Source: Eledone cirrhosa (taxonomy: Eukaryota). From it: a DNA stretch of 64,000 nt. Every line of letters begins with the position of its first letter. Positions within the stretch are counted from its first letter, which is position 1. Of the stretch, positions 35,769 to 49,902 are shown piece by piece. The stretch is from assembly GCA_964016885.1 (NCBI GenBank), contig OZ024747.1, positions 5,952,001-6,016,000 on the forward strand, in the 5' to 3' direction. Below the pieces are notes generated by a model that saw nothing but the letters and a program-made list of their open reading frames with translations, searched no databases and was not told the DNA's origin. The translations under genes were made by a program, and so were the position numbers.

Positions 35769-36620
35769 GTATGCAAGTATATATGTATGCAAGTATATAT
35801 GTACGCAAGTATATATGTATGCAAGTATATATGTATGCAAGTATATATGTACGCAAGTATATATGTATGCAAGTATATATGTACGCAAGTATATATGTAT
35901 GCAAGTATATATGTATGCAAGTATATATGTATGCAAGTATATATGTATGCAAGTATATATGTATGCAAGTATATATGTATGCAAGTATATATGTACGCAA
36001 GTATATATGTATGCAAGTATATATGTATGCAAGTATATATGTATGCAAGTATATATGTACGCAAGTATATATGTATGCAAGTATATATGTATGCAAGTAT
36101 ATATGTATGCAAGTATATATGTATGCAAGTATATATGTACGCAAGTATATATGTATGCAAGTATATATGTATGCAAGTATATATGTACGCAAGTATATAT
36201 GTATGCAAGTATATATGTATGCAAGTATATATGTATGCAAGTATATATGTATGCAAGTATATATGTATGCAAGTATATATGTACGCAAGTATATATGTAT
36301 GCAAGTATATATGTACGCAAGTATATATGTATGCAAGTATATATGTATGCAAGTATATATGTATGCAAGTATATATGTATGCAAGTATATATGTATGCAA
36401 GTATATATGTATGCAAGTATATATGTATGCAAGTATATATGTATGCAAGTATATATGTATGCAAGTATATATGTATGCAAGTATATATGTATGCAAGTAT
36501 ATATGTATGCAAGTATATATGTATGCAAGTATATATGTATGCAAGTATATATGTATGCAAGTATATATGTATGCAAGTATATATGTATGCAAGTATATAT
36601 GTATGCAAGTATATATGTAT
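35769..36620. repeat. 16-bp satellite x~53 just downstream of the receptor stop codon
   Basis: Unit gta(t/c)gcaagtatatat. Confidence 0.97.
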
Positions 36621-36697
36621 ATATCAATGTTTATCATACCAAATACGGATTGATGTGTAAATACATCTGTATGTATATATGTTACTAGATATTAATT

Positions 36698-36805
<108 letters not shown>

Positions 36806-37123
36806 AATAACAGATTAAAGTTTAAGCAAAGAATCGCTGCTTTCACCCTTAACGGGATCTTTGGATTTTAGTCTTCACATTTATTATTATTACTATATTT
36901 ATATATATATATATACACACACAAACATAAATATATCCATGTACACATATATATATATGAAAAGATTCAGGACCCCGTAACTGCCAGATCTCAGCCGTCG
37001 AGGTCCTGAATCTTTTCATATTACCCACTCTACTACCCACAGTATCGAGTACTCTGGTGGGTTATGGTCTAGCTGGTTTTTACCATACCCTATCTGATAT
37101 ATATATAGGGCGGGGGTGTATAA

Positions 37124-37181
<58 letters not shown>

Positions 37182-37296
37182 ATGAAGTAGACCTCTATAT
37201 GGTAGCTAGAGTGCTAGAAACAGTAGTTAAATCTCCCTCAAATTACAACCCACTCTCTTACAAAAGGAACATATTTTGATAATGGAAGCCACAGCG

Positions 37297-38632
37297 GTGT
37301 TGGGCGTGTGTTCCACTTCTTTTGTCACCAAAATAATAAAAGAAACCACTACCAACAAAATGGAGCGCCTCCTCTTCCGCTTTTAGTGGAAGGGACGCGC
37401 TCCCATGGTCAGACGATCCATCTGCTGTCAACACCCATTGCGTGGAGGACTGGGCATGCCATGGCTGATGATGCGCAAACATGCGCTGAGGCTGCGACAT
37501 CTCTGGTGCTTCCTTGACGGTGAACAGGTGTGGTCGCCGCTCGCCAGGCACGTTTTTCCACAGCTCGTCTCCTTGACGGAGCTGCAGTCCTGGGTCAGGA
37601 AAAGACCGAGGGATAGCGCTTGGAAACTGGAATGTCTCCAGGCGCTCACCGCCCTCTGCCAGTTGGGCACCAGTATCGGTGGAACATCCACCTCGGCGTT
37701 CTATAGAGGACTAGTGGAGGGGAAGAGCGACGACGTTCTCGGAGAGATCCTGGGCGTCGAAGATCAGCTGTTTGCTCTCTTCCGGAGAACTTTCAGCCCA
37801 GGGCCTATGGATAACTTCCAAAAAATCCCTGGCCTGGCAGTGCTACCGAGGAGCGTTGCCGGTTCGAGATAAACTCTACAGGCACGGAAGTGCCGTCAGC
37901 CGAGCCTGTCCGAGATGCGCGCTGAGCGACGAAACCGTCGTGCACGCACTCGTTCAGTGTCCGAGCATTACTGACTTGTGGAGCTATGTCGAACAGTTGC
38001 TATCGCGTGTAGGATTGATCCGGTTATCAACTGAGTCCATTGTGCAGATGGTCTCGCCATCTTCCTTCGAGGAGAAAGAGCAGGCGGTTTTCATCTGCCT
38101 GGTGGCCATGGCGAAAGAGATTGTGTGGTGGACAAGGTTGAAAGGGTTAAAGACAGACACCTTCCTCTTCGGCGAATCCCTAATTAACTTTTTCAAGTTT
38201 CACTTGAAGAGGAAAATCAGGGTAGAGAGGCAAGTGCTGCCTTCTAGCAAGTTTGTTGAAAGGTGGGTGAATGTAGCGAGAATGGTCCGAGTGAACGGGA
38301 CCGCTCTGAATATACGCCTGTAGTTTGAGAGATGGAAAAATTGAGAGAGGGCGCTTGCCCTGGTGGTCAGGGTGGCCGTGGTCTTTTGTGTGGTTTTCGC
38401 CACGAGTAACCCTCGGAGGTATCCCCCCCCCCCTATTGGGGAGTTTTTCATTGTTTGAATTTTTATTTTTATTGTTTATATACAGTATATATATATGTTT
38501 CTATGTCTTTTTTCTTTTTCTTTTCTTATATAAATAATAAAAATCTTTACACGCACAAAACCCACATCGTACCGTCCTGTGCGATATGTAATGTTTTTCT
38601 TGATGTCAGCCCTTGTGACCAATAAAGAAATC
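37297..38632 (+). mobile_element. L1/Tx1-clade LINE 3' end (post-RT region, CCHC zinc finger, 3' UTR), frameshifted
   Basis: LFRF.WKG..PMVRRSICCQHPLRGGLGMP; LAWQCYRGALPVRDKL...CPRCALSDETVVHALVQC; aataaa followed by an (att)n tail. Confidence 0.85.
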
Positions 38633-38899
38633 ATTATTATTATTATTGGTCTGTTCGGACGTCTTTTTGATCGCTCCTAGTAAGTCGCTTTATTTACCTG
38701 TTATAATTATTTGTTGTTAAATGTTTTTTGTCGTGTAAGGGATATAAGCCCTTGGACTTTGCCCTGTGAAGGGGAAAGTATAATATTTGGGCTTTTGGCC
38801 CAAATATTTGGGCTTTTGGCCCAAATATTTGAACATTTTACATTTAAAAATAAAAAAATAAAAAAACGTGGCTGAGCCACGCCCCCCAGTAATATGTCT

Positions 38900-41800
38900 G
38901 CTGTCATATGACAACGGCGTAAAAGTTGAGAGGAGGGTTACAGAAATTGATAGAACAAACACCACCACAAACAACGTGAACAAAGACAACAACACTGAGA
39001 ACACTAATTTTTAAAAAATTACCACACCGACTACAACAGCGACAACCAAAATACAGACAACAGAAATAAATGACAACAAATGCAACAACGATATTAACAC
39101 CACTAACAAGAAAATAAACAATGACAACACCAACAGCAACAATACAAATTGCACCGAAAACAACAACAACGATGGCACCAAAAAACACAACCAACTGCAA
39201 CAATGATAACACCAACAACACCGTTTGTAGCAACAGCAACAGCACCAACAACAAGACCAGTAATAGCAGTGGCGGCAGCAATAATGGTGCCGCTGAAAAA
39301 AGGGCCACTTCTTTCGATGGTGTGGCCCGAAATATAGAGACAGTGCTAGTCACGGAGGAGATGGCAGTCGCAAGAGCCATGGTGACAAGAAATGACAATA
39401 GAGTTTCCCTGAAACCTCCACCCGATTTCTTAAAAGACCAGCAGCTACGCACGGTGCCTTACCGCACCGTAAGCAAAATGTCACATCGGGTGAAGAGAGC
39501 CACGGAGGCTCAAATCCCAAAAGCCTTGGGGTGCGTCTGGGCGCGCAAAACCCACATCGCCCGAGGCAAAAAGTACGCCACAGTAGACGTACTTTTCGCC
39601 ACCCACCCAAGGGGCGAAGTCTCACTCTTTGGAAATCCTAAAGAGTGAGGAGATAGTCTTGGTACCCTCCTACTGCGGGCAGTAAATTGTGAGGGTCAAA
39701 ATGACCCAGGTCCACCCGACATGCCCATACTTTGGCTGGCCGCGTCTGTACTTACTGGAATCGAGGAGTAGACCACCATACTGCAAATACAGAGAATGGG
39801 AAGAGAGAACTGGTAAGGTATAGACATGCAAATGCTAATACAAACTGACCAGGAGTGCATCGAGGCCATCCCAGATATCATAGACCTTGAGGAAGGCCTC
39901 CAACTTCCTATAAGCGTGGAAGGAAGGCGCCCAAAGTGCTATCTCTGTGGGCAAAAAGGTCACCTCAGGGCATTCTGCCCGCAGAAGGCAGCCAAGAAGA
40001 GCCCCCCCCCCCTCCTTCAGACGCCTGATCCGCTGCTACCAAGAGCTGGGCATGCAACAGAGGCAGAAGACCCTTCCATAGTGAGTAGGAGGGCAACGTC
40101 CGTGGCACCCATACCAAGGCCACGGACAACTAAAACAGCGGCAGCAGTGGCGGCAACACCAACAGTCGCAGTAGCTACACCGGTGGAAAAATCGCCGGAG
40201 CGGGCTCCACTACCACCACCAAAAGTCGTGGAGCTCATACCCCACCCAGATGCCACAGAATCCGATATGGAGTATGAGGCAGGAGTGAAGTGGCAAGAGG
40301 TCTGCCACAAAAAAAAAAAAACGAAAAAACCACTTAGCTTCGCCCTCCAAAAGCGAAGACAAACAAAGAAGGGTAAAGACTGCAAGGAGACTTGCAGCAA
40401 CACTACCACCATCACCACCACAAACATCACCACCAACAACAACCACACCACCACCAGCATCACCAAAAACACCAACATCGGAAACTCAACAAAACACACA
40501 CACCTAACAGCAACAAAATTACCCCTCCCCCAAAAAAGTACACAGCCATAAACATGGCAAATAAAGAACTCTTACAACATATAAAGCAGCACACAGACAT
40601 CACAGAAAAAAACTACTACACCCCACCAACACCAAGAACTCTCCCGACAAACATAAACATCATTGAAATCAAAATAGAACATTACAAACTTTTAAAACAA
40701 AAATTCCCCAACGCAGTTGGAGACTTCAGAGGGTCGGTTACCAAGAGGATATACACCGATATCCTCTTGGAAACACCCATGACCAGCCAAAGGGACGGTT
40801 CTACTGTCCCTTCACCACACGATCAAGGTAATTGATCCTTTCTCACTTACCCCGTTTCGGCCAGATTTCTTCAGACGTCTAGAGACCTTTCTTGGTCTCT
40901 TTAGTGTTAGTGGGCGACTGGCACGGTATCTTAGATGCACGCTGGGGTTATGTGGGGTTAGTAGACAGGGCAGGAGGGTGTAAAAGCCTCAACAACATTC
41001 TCAGACGTTTTGAACTGTCTGACAGGTATAGACTGGATTATCCGAATGTGCCAATGTGGACATGGGCAAACCGCATCGGATCATCCAGATCGTATTTAGA
41101 TAGGGTATTCTGTAGAGAAACAGATAAGGCTAGTGTAGGCTGTCCACAATTTAAAGTAGTCGACTACACGGACCACAAATTCGTGATCTGTGAAGTTGAC
41201 TTAGATAGACACCATAGGCAAGGGCCCGGCTACTGGAAGCTGAGCGCGTCGTTCCCGGCGCGCAAAGCTTACAGAGACCGGATTAGCGAATTAGTTAAGC
41301 ATGCGTTGACGGGTGCAATTGTCAACAACAGGTGGTGGTTTACCCTGAAAAGGGCTATTAGAGTAGAATCGATAAGGTTTAGCAAAGTAGTAGTGATAGA
41401 GGAAAATAGAGTAGAGGGAGAGTTAGTTAGAAAGCTAGAAGAGGCGTTTAGGACAGGCATCGCAATCGACGTGCTTGCGGCGAGATTGGCACTCGACCAA
41501 TTCTTCAACGCAAAGCATGAAGGCTGCGTTGTCAGAGCTAGAGCGCGTGCTCTAAGACACGAGGGGACGAAAGCGGTCCAATGGGTTCGGCTAGTGGAGG
41601 CGCGACGTGGCAACAAGTCCACAATTTGGTCTTTGCCTCATCAAAACGGGCGCATGTGGCTCGAACCCGAGCAGATGTTTGCGGCTTTTCAACAGCACTT
41701 TGCTCAATTGTTCGGGAGCGGTGGCGGGCCGGATCGGAGTATGGACTTCGGTGCATACCTCGACGATCGCAGCGCAGTGCTGCAAAAAGCCGATAACAGC

Positions 41801-42570
41801 AGGTTAAATACGGGAAGCGATGTCTGACTGCACGAGGGGTAAATCGCCAGGTTTGGATGTCTGCCCTACGAGCTTTATGCGTATATGCCAGATTTGTTCG
41901 GCGACTTCTTGGCAGATGTCTATTGCAACTGGCAGCAGAACGGAAGCATTCCCAGTTTTGTGAGCCGAGGAGCAGTGGCGCTGCTGAGAAAAGACCCGAA
42001 CAAGGGGGACGTTATAGACAACTTCAGGCCCATAACTCTGCTAAACGCAGAGTTTAAGATTTTAGCCAAGGTGTTAACAAAGAGATTGGCGCTTGTCGTC
42101 GGTGATCTGGTAGGAGAGGCGCAGATATGCGCCATTCCGGACAGATCCATCCACGACAACCTCCATCTCATGCGATACATCATAGAGAGATTGGTTAAAG
42201 AACCTGGCATGGGTGGGGCCCTGATCAACTTGGATCAATCTAAAGCATTTGATAGGGCCTACCATCGGTACTTTGCTGCGATCTTCGAGGCGGCCGGCTT
42301 CGGGCCTGTTTTTAGGGGCTGGATCGCTGCGATGCACAGCGACATCTGCTCAGTTGTGAAGGTGAATGGTCACCTGTCGCAGCCTTTCAGCATCATGCAC
42401 TCGGTCCGTCAGGGTTGCCCCCTCTCGTCCCTCTTGTACGTACTGGCCCTAGAGCCGTTACTGCACAAGTTGGAGACGATGAGGTGGTCAAACGCGAACT
42501 AGGATGCGGAAGATCCGTGTCAGCTTGCGCCGACGACGTCACCGTGGTGGTGTCGAGCACCAAACATGTC
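38900..42570 (+). mobile_element. L1/Tx1-clade LINE 5' portion (ORF1 with zinc knuckle; ORF2 APE endonuclease + RT), decayed and 3'-truncated
   Basis: CYLCGQKGHLRAFC knuckle; VLVGDW, SYLDR, TDHK, GPGYWKL (APE); NFRPITLLNAEFKILAK, LDQSKAFDR, VRQGCPLS, ADDVTV (RT). Multiple stops and frameshifts. Confidence 0.9.
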
Positions 42571-42727
42571 CAGATATACATCTCATTCTATATTCCCTTA
42601 TATCTCTCTCTTCACCACCGGATTCTGTTACCCGGAGATTTACCCATCTGCATTGTTGAGGCTTCCAAAACGACCCCAAAAAAATGTTATTATTCCACAA
42701 TGCTTCAAGCAAACTTCAATACTTTCT

Positions 42728-42805
<78 letters not shown>

Positions 42806-43103
42806 TAACTGATTAAAATTTAAGCAAAGAATCGCTGATTTCACCCTTAACGGGATCTTCTGAAATTAAAAAAATCAATCTGTGAACGCAGAAGTAAATA
42901 TTTCGAAAAACGTTGCAGCCGAAGGAAAACAGGAAGACGATACTTTGGTTCGTGAAGACGTTCCCTGGCAATGAACGGAAAAAAGCGAAGATAATACGTC
43001 AGTAATGAGAACAATATTTGCTCTAGGGTTCTTATATATTTGATATATATTTATCCTTATCGAGCCCTCTTTGGATTTTAGTCTTCATATTTATTATTAT
43101 TAC

Positions 43104-43149
<46 letters not shown>

Positions 43150-43624
43150 TTGAGAGGGTGTGTGGTATCTTTGCACTGAATTACTTAAAAGTTGGTTAGA
43201 AGCGAAGTCAATGCAGACAGTCAGCCAGACAGACAGATATTATAAGCGTGCGGCGTTGTAGCTATGTATCTAATGCAGACAGCCAGACATACAGAAACAT
43301 ATAAGGGCGCGACGTTATTGCTATGTATCTATCTAAAAAGACAGACTAAGAAAGAGAGATGAATGTCGTATAACCAGAAGTGTTGACATTTGAAAATTTT
43401 AAAGAAGTGAATATTTAAATAAACGATAAAATATCTTTAATCTTTTAACGAAATTTAGAAGACAAAAATACCCTCACTTTCTTACTTGGAAAAAGTTAAA
43501 TCTATGGTACAAATTTGGTGCTTTTTGGTCCAGCCGTTTGGCGAAATGTTTGTTACATACATACGGCCGTCAGCTTTATAATATAGATATAGAATCATTG
43601 GAACATCTGACTGATAAAATGACA

Positions 43625-43945
43625 AGTCAGTCAATCATATCGGTGGCCTCCCCCACAGCCCCAGCGGACAGAATGGAGAAGGCGTTTCCCCGGAAGACGG
43701 CAAGGGAGACGCGCTGGAAAAGCCATTCCAGCTCGCGAGGCTCACACCTGCGGCTGGCCAGCTCAGCGCCTATGGTGGTGAGTAGGGAGGTAGCCCTAGG
43801 GCCTAGGACACCAGAAGTCTCCACTGCCAAGGGTACAATCGCAAACCTGTCGGAGAGTGACCGGTATTTGAAGAGTTTGGCCTCCTCAGCCCGACGTGCA
43901 GCAGAACCTGGGTTAGTCGCAGACTGCACCAGGTTGCGGCTGGCT
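43625..43945 (-). mobile_element. CRE-clade-like non-LTR retrotransposon 3' fragment (restriction-like endonuclease region)
   Basis: AARRAEEAKLFKY..L...F.IVPLAVETSGVLGP...LFQRVSLAVFRGNA. Duplicate at 54034-54354 (-) and a short copy at ~8940-9068 (+). Confidence 0.7.
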
Positions 43946-44067
43946 AAATGTGGATGTCTTAATTAGGAGTTTCGAGATATAGTATTTCTTGGTTCTATGA
44001 TACAAAACTGCAAGTTTTAAAGGGTTTAATTCCTTTTAAGATATTCTTTAAACACTGACTTAATAAT

Positions 44068-44538
44068 GGTTTCTACTATAGGCACAAGGCCAGCAATTAA
44101 ATCGACCCCAGTGCGTGACTGGTACTTTATTTATCTACTCTGTAAGGATGAAAGGCAAAGCAAACCTCGACGGGATTTGAACTCAGAACGCAAAGGGCCG
44201 TAAATCTATGCTACAAAGGATGTTGTCCGACGCTCTACCGATACTGCCAACCCACCGTCGTCAAACACTGACTTAATAATTGCTTCTACTTTTGGTACAA
44301 GGCTAGGAATTACCCAGTGTATTACTGGTACTTTATTTTATCGACCCCGTAAGGATGAAAGGCAAACTTAACCTCGGCGGGATTTGAACTCAGAACGACT
44401 GAAAGCAGTGACAAAAGACATGTCTTTGGCAGACATGAATTCATGTCCTCACCAATACTCATTCGCCTTTTTTTATTCTTTATCTTTCATCCATTCCAGG
44501 TCGATAAAAAAAAGTACCAGTCAAGTACTGGGGTCAAT

Positions 44539-44540
<2 letters not shown>
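44068..44540. mobile_element. Cluster of three SINE copies (duplicated at ~54477-54948)
   Basis: Same core. The first copy has an 18-bp TSD aaacactgacttaataat. Confidence 0.85.
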
Positions 44541-44615
<75 letters not shown>

Positions 44616-44774
44616 TCTCTCTCTCTGGAAGAAATCTGCTGTTTTCAGACCTAGAAAGAAAATGGACTCCGCTAGATTTTTAAAATGTCTGAGAAACGTC
44701 GTATGTCAATATGGCGCCCCTCGACTCCATCGGGAGTTACGGGTCCAAGCATGCCATGCAAGGAGTTATTTTAG

Positions 44775-45075
44775 TTTTCTTCTTCTTCTTCGCCAATTTA
44801 TCCCTGAGAGGATCGCGGTTGCCGAATTCTAAATTTACGCCCTCCAGAGAGTTCTATCGGAAGCAACCGTTTCCAAATTATCCGTTTGAATCTCCAAACG
44901 AGACCAGCCGGGGTTATGGATGTTATCCAACCATCTTGCTCAGGGTCTACCCCTGGGTTTTCTACCAGTTGGTTTTGCCCATAAAATCTGTCCAGCGATT
45001 CTATCCACATGTCCATAGTATCAGAGCTGTGATCTTTCAATTCGAAGAAGTAGTGGCTCTACCTGGAGTGACTCT
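44775..45075 (-). mobile_element. RTE-type LINE 3' end with (GAA)n tail (duplicate at ~55190-55490)
   Basis: Piecing the minus-strand frames together gives SQLRYYGHVDR...GRP..RWLDNI...VASDRTLWR*, followed by gaagaagaag. Confidence 0.65.
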
Positions 45076-45487
45076 CTGATCTTCGAGATGATTTTGTTTT
45101 TCATTCTTCAGTTAGAAGGGAAACAATTCGTAGTCATGTTCCTAAGATAAAAAAAAAACAACATAAACTTGATTTATTCGACCATTTTAATTCAATTTTA
45201 AGAAAATGTTTGTATAAAAATATCTAAAATATATTTTAAAAATCCCATTAATAAACTGCCCCTACCCACCCTTCGTATCCCTACATACACAGGCTATATT
45301 ATAAAGTTGCTAACATATTTAATGGTACGTGCAAAGTACATAGCATGGTTCATATCCTGGGCAACTGTTATTTACCATAGCCTCAGATCGACTCATGGCT
45401 TGTGGGCGAAATTGGGTAGACGGAAACTGTTTGGAAGCCCGTCAGATGGACTGTACCTGTAATTTAAAGGAAGGGCAGGGCTTGTCG

Positions 45488-45568
<81 letters not shown>

Positions 45569-45602
45569 TGTCACACTGAAACTGAGAATTACTTTAAAAG
45601 TA

Positions 45603-46890
45603 CGAGCTACATTGAAGAGGTTTCCAGTCTTTTATCAGAGAGACATTTATCTCAGATCAACAGAAAACTCTAATCTCCATCAAAGTAGGATCCTTCAATT
45701 TCAATGTACTTGTTGTAGTGCTCCAGCCACTTATGGGAGACCCCCCCTGTAGTTCTGCAAAGTGAAGGTGTCCAGGGCGTTTGTCACAGCCTCCTTCGTA
45801 TCTCCTCTACATCCGCAAAGCGGATCCCCCTGAGATTCTCGTACAGCTTCGGGAACATCCAGAAGTGGCATGGGGCTAAGTCTGGACTGTAGGTAGAATG
45901 AGGGACAGTCTTGATCCCCATATCGGCCAGGTAGTTGGTAACTAGGATGGACTTGTGGCAGGGGTCATTGTCCTCCTGCAGATGAAAATAACCAGACTTG
46001 AAGAATTCTGATCTCTTGTGACGAAATCTCTTTCTGAACTGCATCAAAACCTCTCCAGAGTACTCTGTTGACTATCAGGCCATGGGGGACCCAGTGGACG
46101 TAGATGATCCCCTTTCTGTCGCAGAATGAAATCATCACGAGCTTCCCAGTGGACCTGCTTTGCCTGGCCTTCTTGGGTCTTGGGGAATCAGAATTTTTCC
46201 ACTGGGCACTCTGTCTCTTGATCCCTGGATCATAACAGTAGATCCAACTCTCGTCACAGGTTACCAGAGACTCAAGAACACTTGGATTCGAAGCGATCCA
46301 CTCGACCATCTCTCTGCTGTCATCAACGTGCTGCTGCACAAATTTTTCACATGTTCAGATCGTCATGAATGTCTCTGTGAACAGTGTCCTCAGCCACTTC
46401 AAATTGTTTAGCAATCGTCAGAAAAGATGCCCGACGGTCCTCGTCCAGAAATTTGTTGGCCAGATTTGGCCTCCTGATACCCCTCTTCCTGCCACACCTC
46501 TCATCGCCCCCACCTGCTCTCTACCCTCCTGGAACCTCTTGTGCCAGTGGAAGACAGTTGTCCAGCTCATGCAAGTTAATTTATAAACAATTTTGACCAT
46601 TTCATAGGTATTTGCAGCGTTTTTTCCAAGCTTGACACAAAACTTTATTGCATATGGAGTCTCCAAGTTGTGCTCACGTCCCAAATGTATTGTGGAACCA
46701 GTCAGCTGTGACAAGACAGGTATGACAGGTAATGTTTAGAGTGCTGTAGCGGCCCGAACCGTCAACCTGAAATAAAAGAGTTGGCATTTTAGCTTATAAC
46801 CATATCAAGGATGTATCAGGGTGACAGTCACGTTGGGTCAATTAAAAGTGCCTGAAAAGAAAAGTCTCAAAACCTTTTGAGTGTTCCTCG
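45603..46890 (-). mobile_element. Mariner (Tc1/mariner) DNA transposon, inactive, copy 1
   Basis: AIKFCVKLGKNA, VTCDESWIYCYDP, WVPHG, YSPDLAPCHFWMFPKL. Degenerate ~30-bp TIRs (cgagctacattgaagaggttt / cgaggaacactcaaaaggttt) with TA on both sides. Frameshifts present. Confidence 0.92.
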
Positions 46891-47588
46891 TATACGTGTT
46901 TAATTCCATGGGCCGGCTGTTCCATTCATCGAACTAATAAAAACAGAATGCAACGTGGAGCGATCAAGCTGTTTCGTTGATCTAACAAATGAAACATTCC
47001 ACGTCGAAACTGACGAAGGCCTATTCCAATGTGCAAAGAAATGTTCATTTAAATTACATATGTTGCATTATGTTAATGGTTAAATCTGGTCAATATCGGA
47101 ATTTAAATTGATTACAATTTATTGAAAACAATGTAGTGTGGAGCGAGCCCGATCATTTAGCAATGCAGTGACAACCGCGGACACATACAAACAAGAGTAT
47201 ACTTAACAGAATTAAGATACATTCAATTTTGTTACAGTTAACGATTTATCATAATTTGTTAATGTTACATTTTATCAGGGTTGAGTGTTGATTCTGGAAG
47301 TTTAATATTTTTCTCCAACGCATATGTTGCTATAGACAGCGGCTGGTCAAATCCAGATGTTGCAATAATGTACTGCGTATTTTAACATTGCACATTTGGA
47401 AAGTTTGAATCTGCAAAAAGGAAAATAAAAGAAAACTGAAGTTATTGTCATATTTGGATGACAATAACTCTGTTACCCGGAGATTTACCTATCTGCATTG
47501 TTGAGGCTTCCAAAACGACCCCAGAAAAATGTTATTATTCCACAATGCTTCAAGCAAACTTCAATACTTTCTTATATATATATATATG

Positions 47589-47708
<120 letters not shown>

Positions 47709-48005
47709 TAACTGATTAAAATTTAAGCAAAGAATCGCTGATTTCACCCTTAACGGGATCTTCTGAAATTAAAAAAATCAATCTGTGAACGCAGAAGTAA
47801 ATATTTCGAAAAACGTTGCAGCCGAAGGAAAACAGGAAGACGATACTTTGGTTCGTGAAGACGTTCCCTGGCAATGAACGGAAAAAGCGAAGATAATACG
47901 TCAGTAATGAGAACAATATTTGCTCTAGGGTTCTTATATATTTGATATATATTTATCCTTATCGAGCCCTCTTTGGATTTTAGTCTTCATATTTATTATT
48001 ATTAC

Positions 48006-48065
<60 letters not shown>

Positions 48066-48131
48066 GAAGAGAGAAGAAACATTTAGATATAATTAGTAAT
48101 AAAATGTATCATACCTAAACTGTTCCTAAAT

Positions 48132-48219
48132 TCCTCGACTACGTAGTTTCGTGGCATAAACAAAAACAATATATCAAAGATATAGAGTCCTTGCGAGGTC
48201 TGCCGACTTATCAAGAGGA
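48132..48219 (-). ncRNA. Type I hammerhead ribozyme, U3-A8 core variant (array unit 1)
   Basis: TCCTC-TTGATAA-GTCGGCA...TGCCAC-GAAA-CTACGTAG-TC-GAGGA: stem I 5 bp, stem II, palindromic stem III, GUC cleavage triplet. Confidence 0.8.
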
Positions 48220-48722
48220 TACCTCATTTTACTAGTCTCAAGAACGCGTCTACACGACGTGAGAAAGAATCCCAAAAGGCGGAGGGGGAGATAGTCACGC
48301 GATATAACGGTCGAGAAACAGAGCTAAGCCTCTTATAACCACGAAGAAAACACCACGGAGGCGGAGGGGGTATTCATATCGAGGCCGTAGAAGAGGTAGT
48401 GAAGAAGGCGAGAAGTATGAGTAATGGAAGCTTTCCAGTTGTCCCCACACTTCAAAGATTGCTCGACCAGAGGGAGTTATTAATATATTTAAAAACACAC
48501 AGATACATGCGGACACACACATATATACATGAATGCATCCGCACCCAACTGTGAGTTAAGGGTGCCAACTTCACCGATGTTGCTCAATGAATGACTGGGA
48601 CAGACCAATTCAGTTTGAACTAGACTGAACCAGTATCAGAGTTAAAAATACATTATGAAGAGAGAAGAAACATTTAGATATAATTAGTAATAAAATGTAT
48701 CATACCTAAACTGTTCCTAAAT

Positions 48723-48810
48723 TCCTCGACTACGTAGTTTCGTGGCATAAACAAAAACAATATATCAAAGATATAGAGTCCTTGCGAGGTCTGCCGACTT
48801 ATCAAGAGGA
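48723..48810 (-). ncRNA. Type I hammerhead ribozyme, U3-A8 variant (array unit 2)
   Basis: Same sequence as unit 1. Confidence 0.8.
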
Positions 48811-49311
48811 TACCTCATTTTACTAGTCTCAAGAACGCGTCTACACGACGTGAGAAAGAATCCCAAAAGGCGGAGGGGGAGATAGTCACGCGATATAACG
48901 GTCGAGAAACAGAGCTAAGCCTCTTATAACCACGAAGAAAACACCACGGAGGCGGAGGGGGTATTCATATCGAGGCCGTAGAAGAGGTAGTGAAGAAGGC
49001 GAGAAGTATGAGTAATGGAAGCTTTCCAGTTGTCCCCACACTTCAAAGATTGCTCGACCAGAGGGAGTTATTAATATATTTAAAAACACACAGATACATG
49101 CGGACACACATATATACATGAATGCATCCGCACCCAACTGTGAGTTAAGGGTGCCAACTTCACCGATGTTGCTCAATGAATGACTGGGACAGACCAATTC
49201 AGTTTGAACTAGACTGAACCAGTATCAGAGTTAAAAATACATTATGAAGAGAGAAGAAACATTTAGATATAATTAGTAATAAAATGTATCATACCTAAAC
49301 TGTTCCTAAAT

Positions 49312-49399
49312 TCCTCGACTACGTAGTTTCGTGGCATAAACAAAAACAATATATCAAAGATATAGAGTCCTTGCGAGGTCTGCCGACTTATCAAGAGGA
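49312..49399 (-). ncRNA. Type I hammerhead ribozyme, U3-A8 variant (array unit 3)
   Basis: Same sequence as unit 1. Confidence 0.8.
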
Positions 49400-49902
49400 T
49401 ACCTCATTTTACTAGTCTCAAGAACGCGTCTACACGACGTGAGAAAGAATCCCAAAAGGCGGAGGGGGAGATAGTCACGCGATATAACGGTCGAGAAACA
49501 GAGCTAAGCCTCTTATAACCACGAAGAAAACACCACGGAGGCGGAGGGGGTATTCATATCGAGGCCGTAGAAGAGGTAGTGAAGAAGGCGAGAAGTATGA
49601 GTAATGGAAGCTTTCCAGTTGTCCCCACACTTCAAAGATTGCTCGACCAGAGGGAGTTATTAATATATTTAAAAACACACAGATACATGCGGACACACAC
49701 ATATATACATGAATGCATCCGCACCCAACTGTGAGTTAAGGGTGCCAACTTCACCGATGTTGCTCAATGAATGACTGGGACAGACCAATTCAGTTTGAAC
49801 TAGACTGAACCAGTATCAGAGTTAAAAATACATTATGAAGAGAGAAGAAACATTTAGATATAATTAGTAATAAAATGTATCATACCTAAACTGTTCCTAA
49901 AT

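Noticed and set aside
35698-36688. Six ~300-aa ORFs
   Set aside because: They are translations of the 16-bp satellite.
42840-43015. Hammerhead on the - strand (CTGACGTA...GAAA), also in the two paralogous copies
   Set aside because: The core is interrupted and I could not pair convincing stems I and III.
44711-45079. 122-aa + strand ORF (duplicated at 55127-55495) as a host gene
   Set aside because: It is antisense to a decayed RTE LINE 3' end, and its conservation is only due to the recent duplication.
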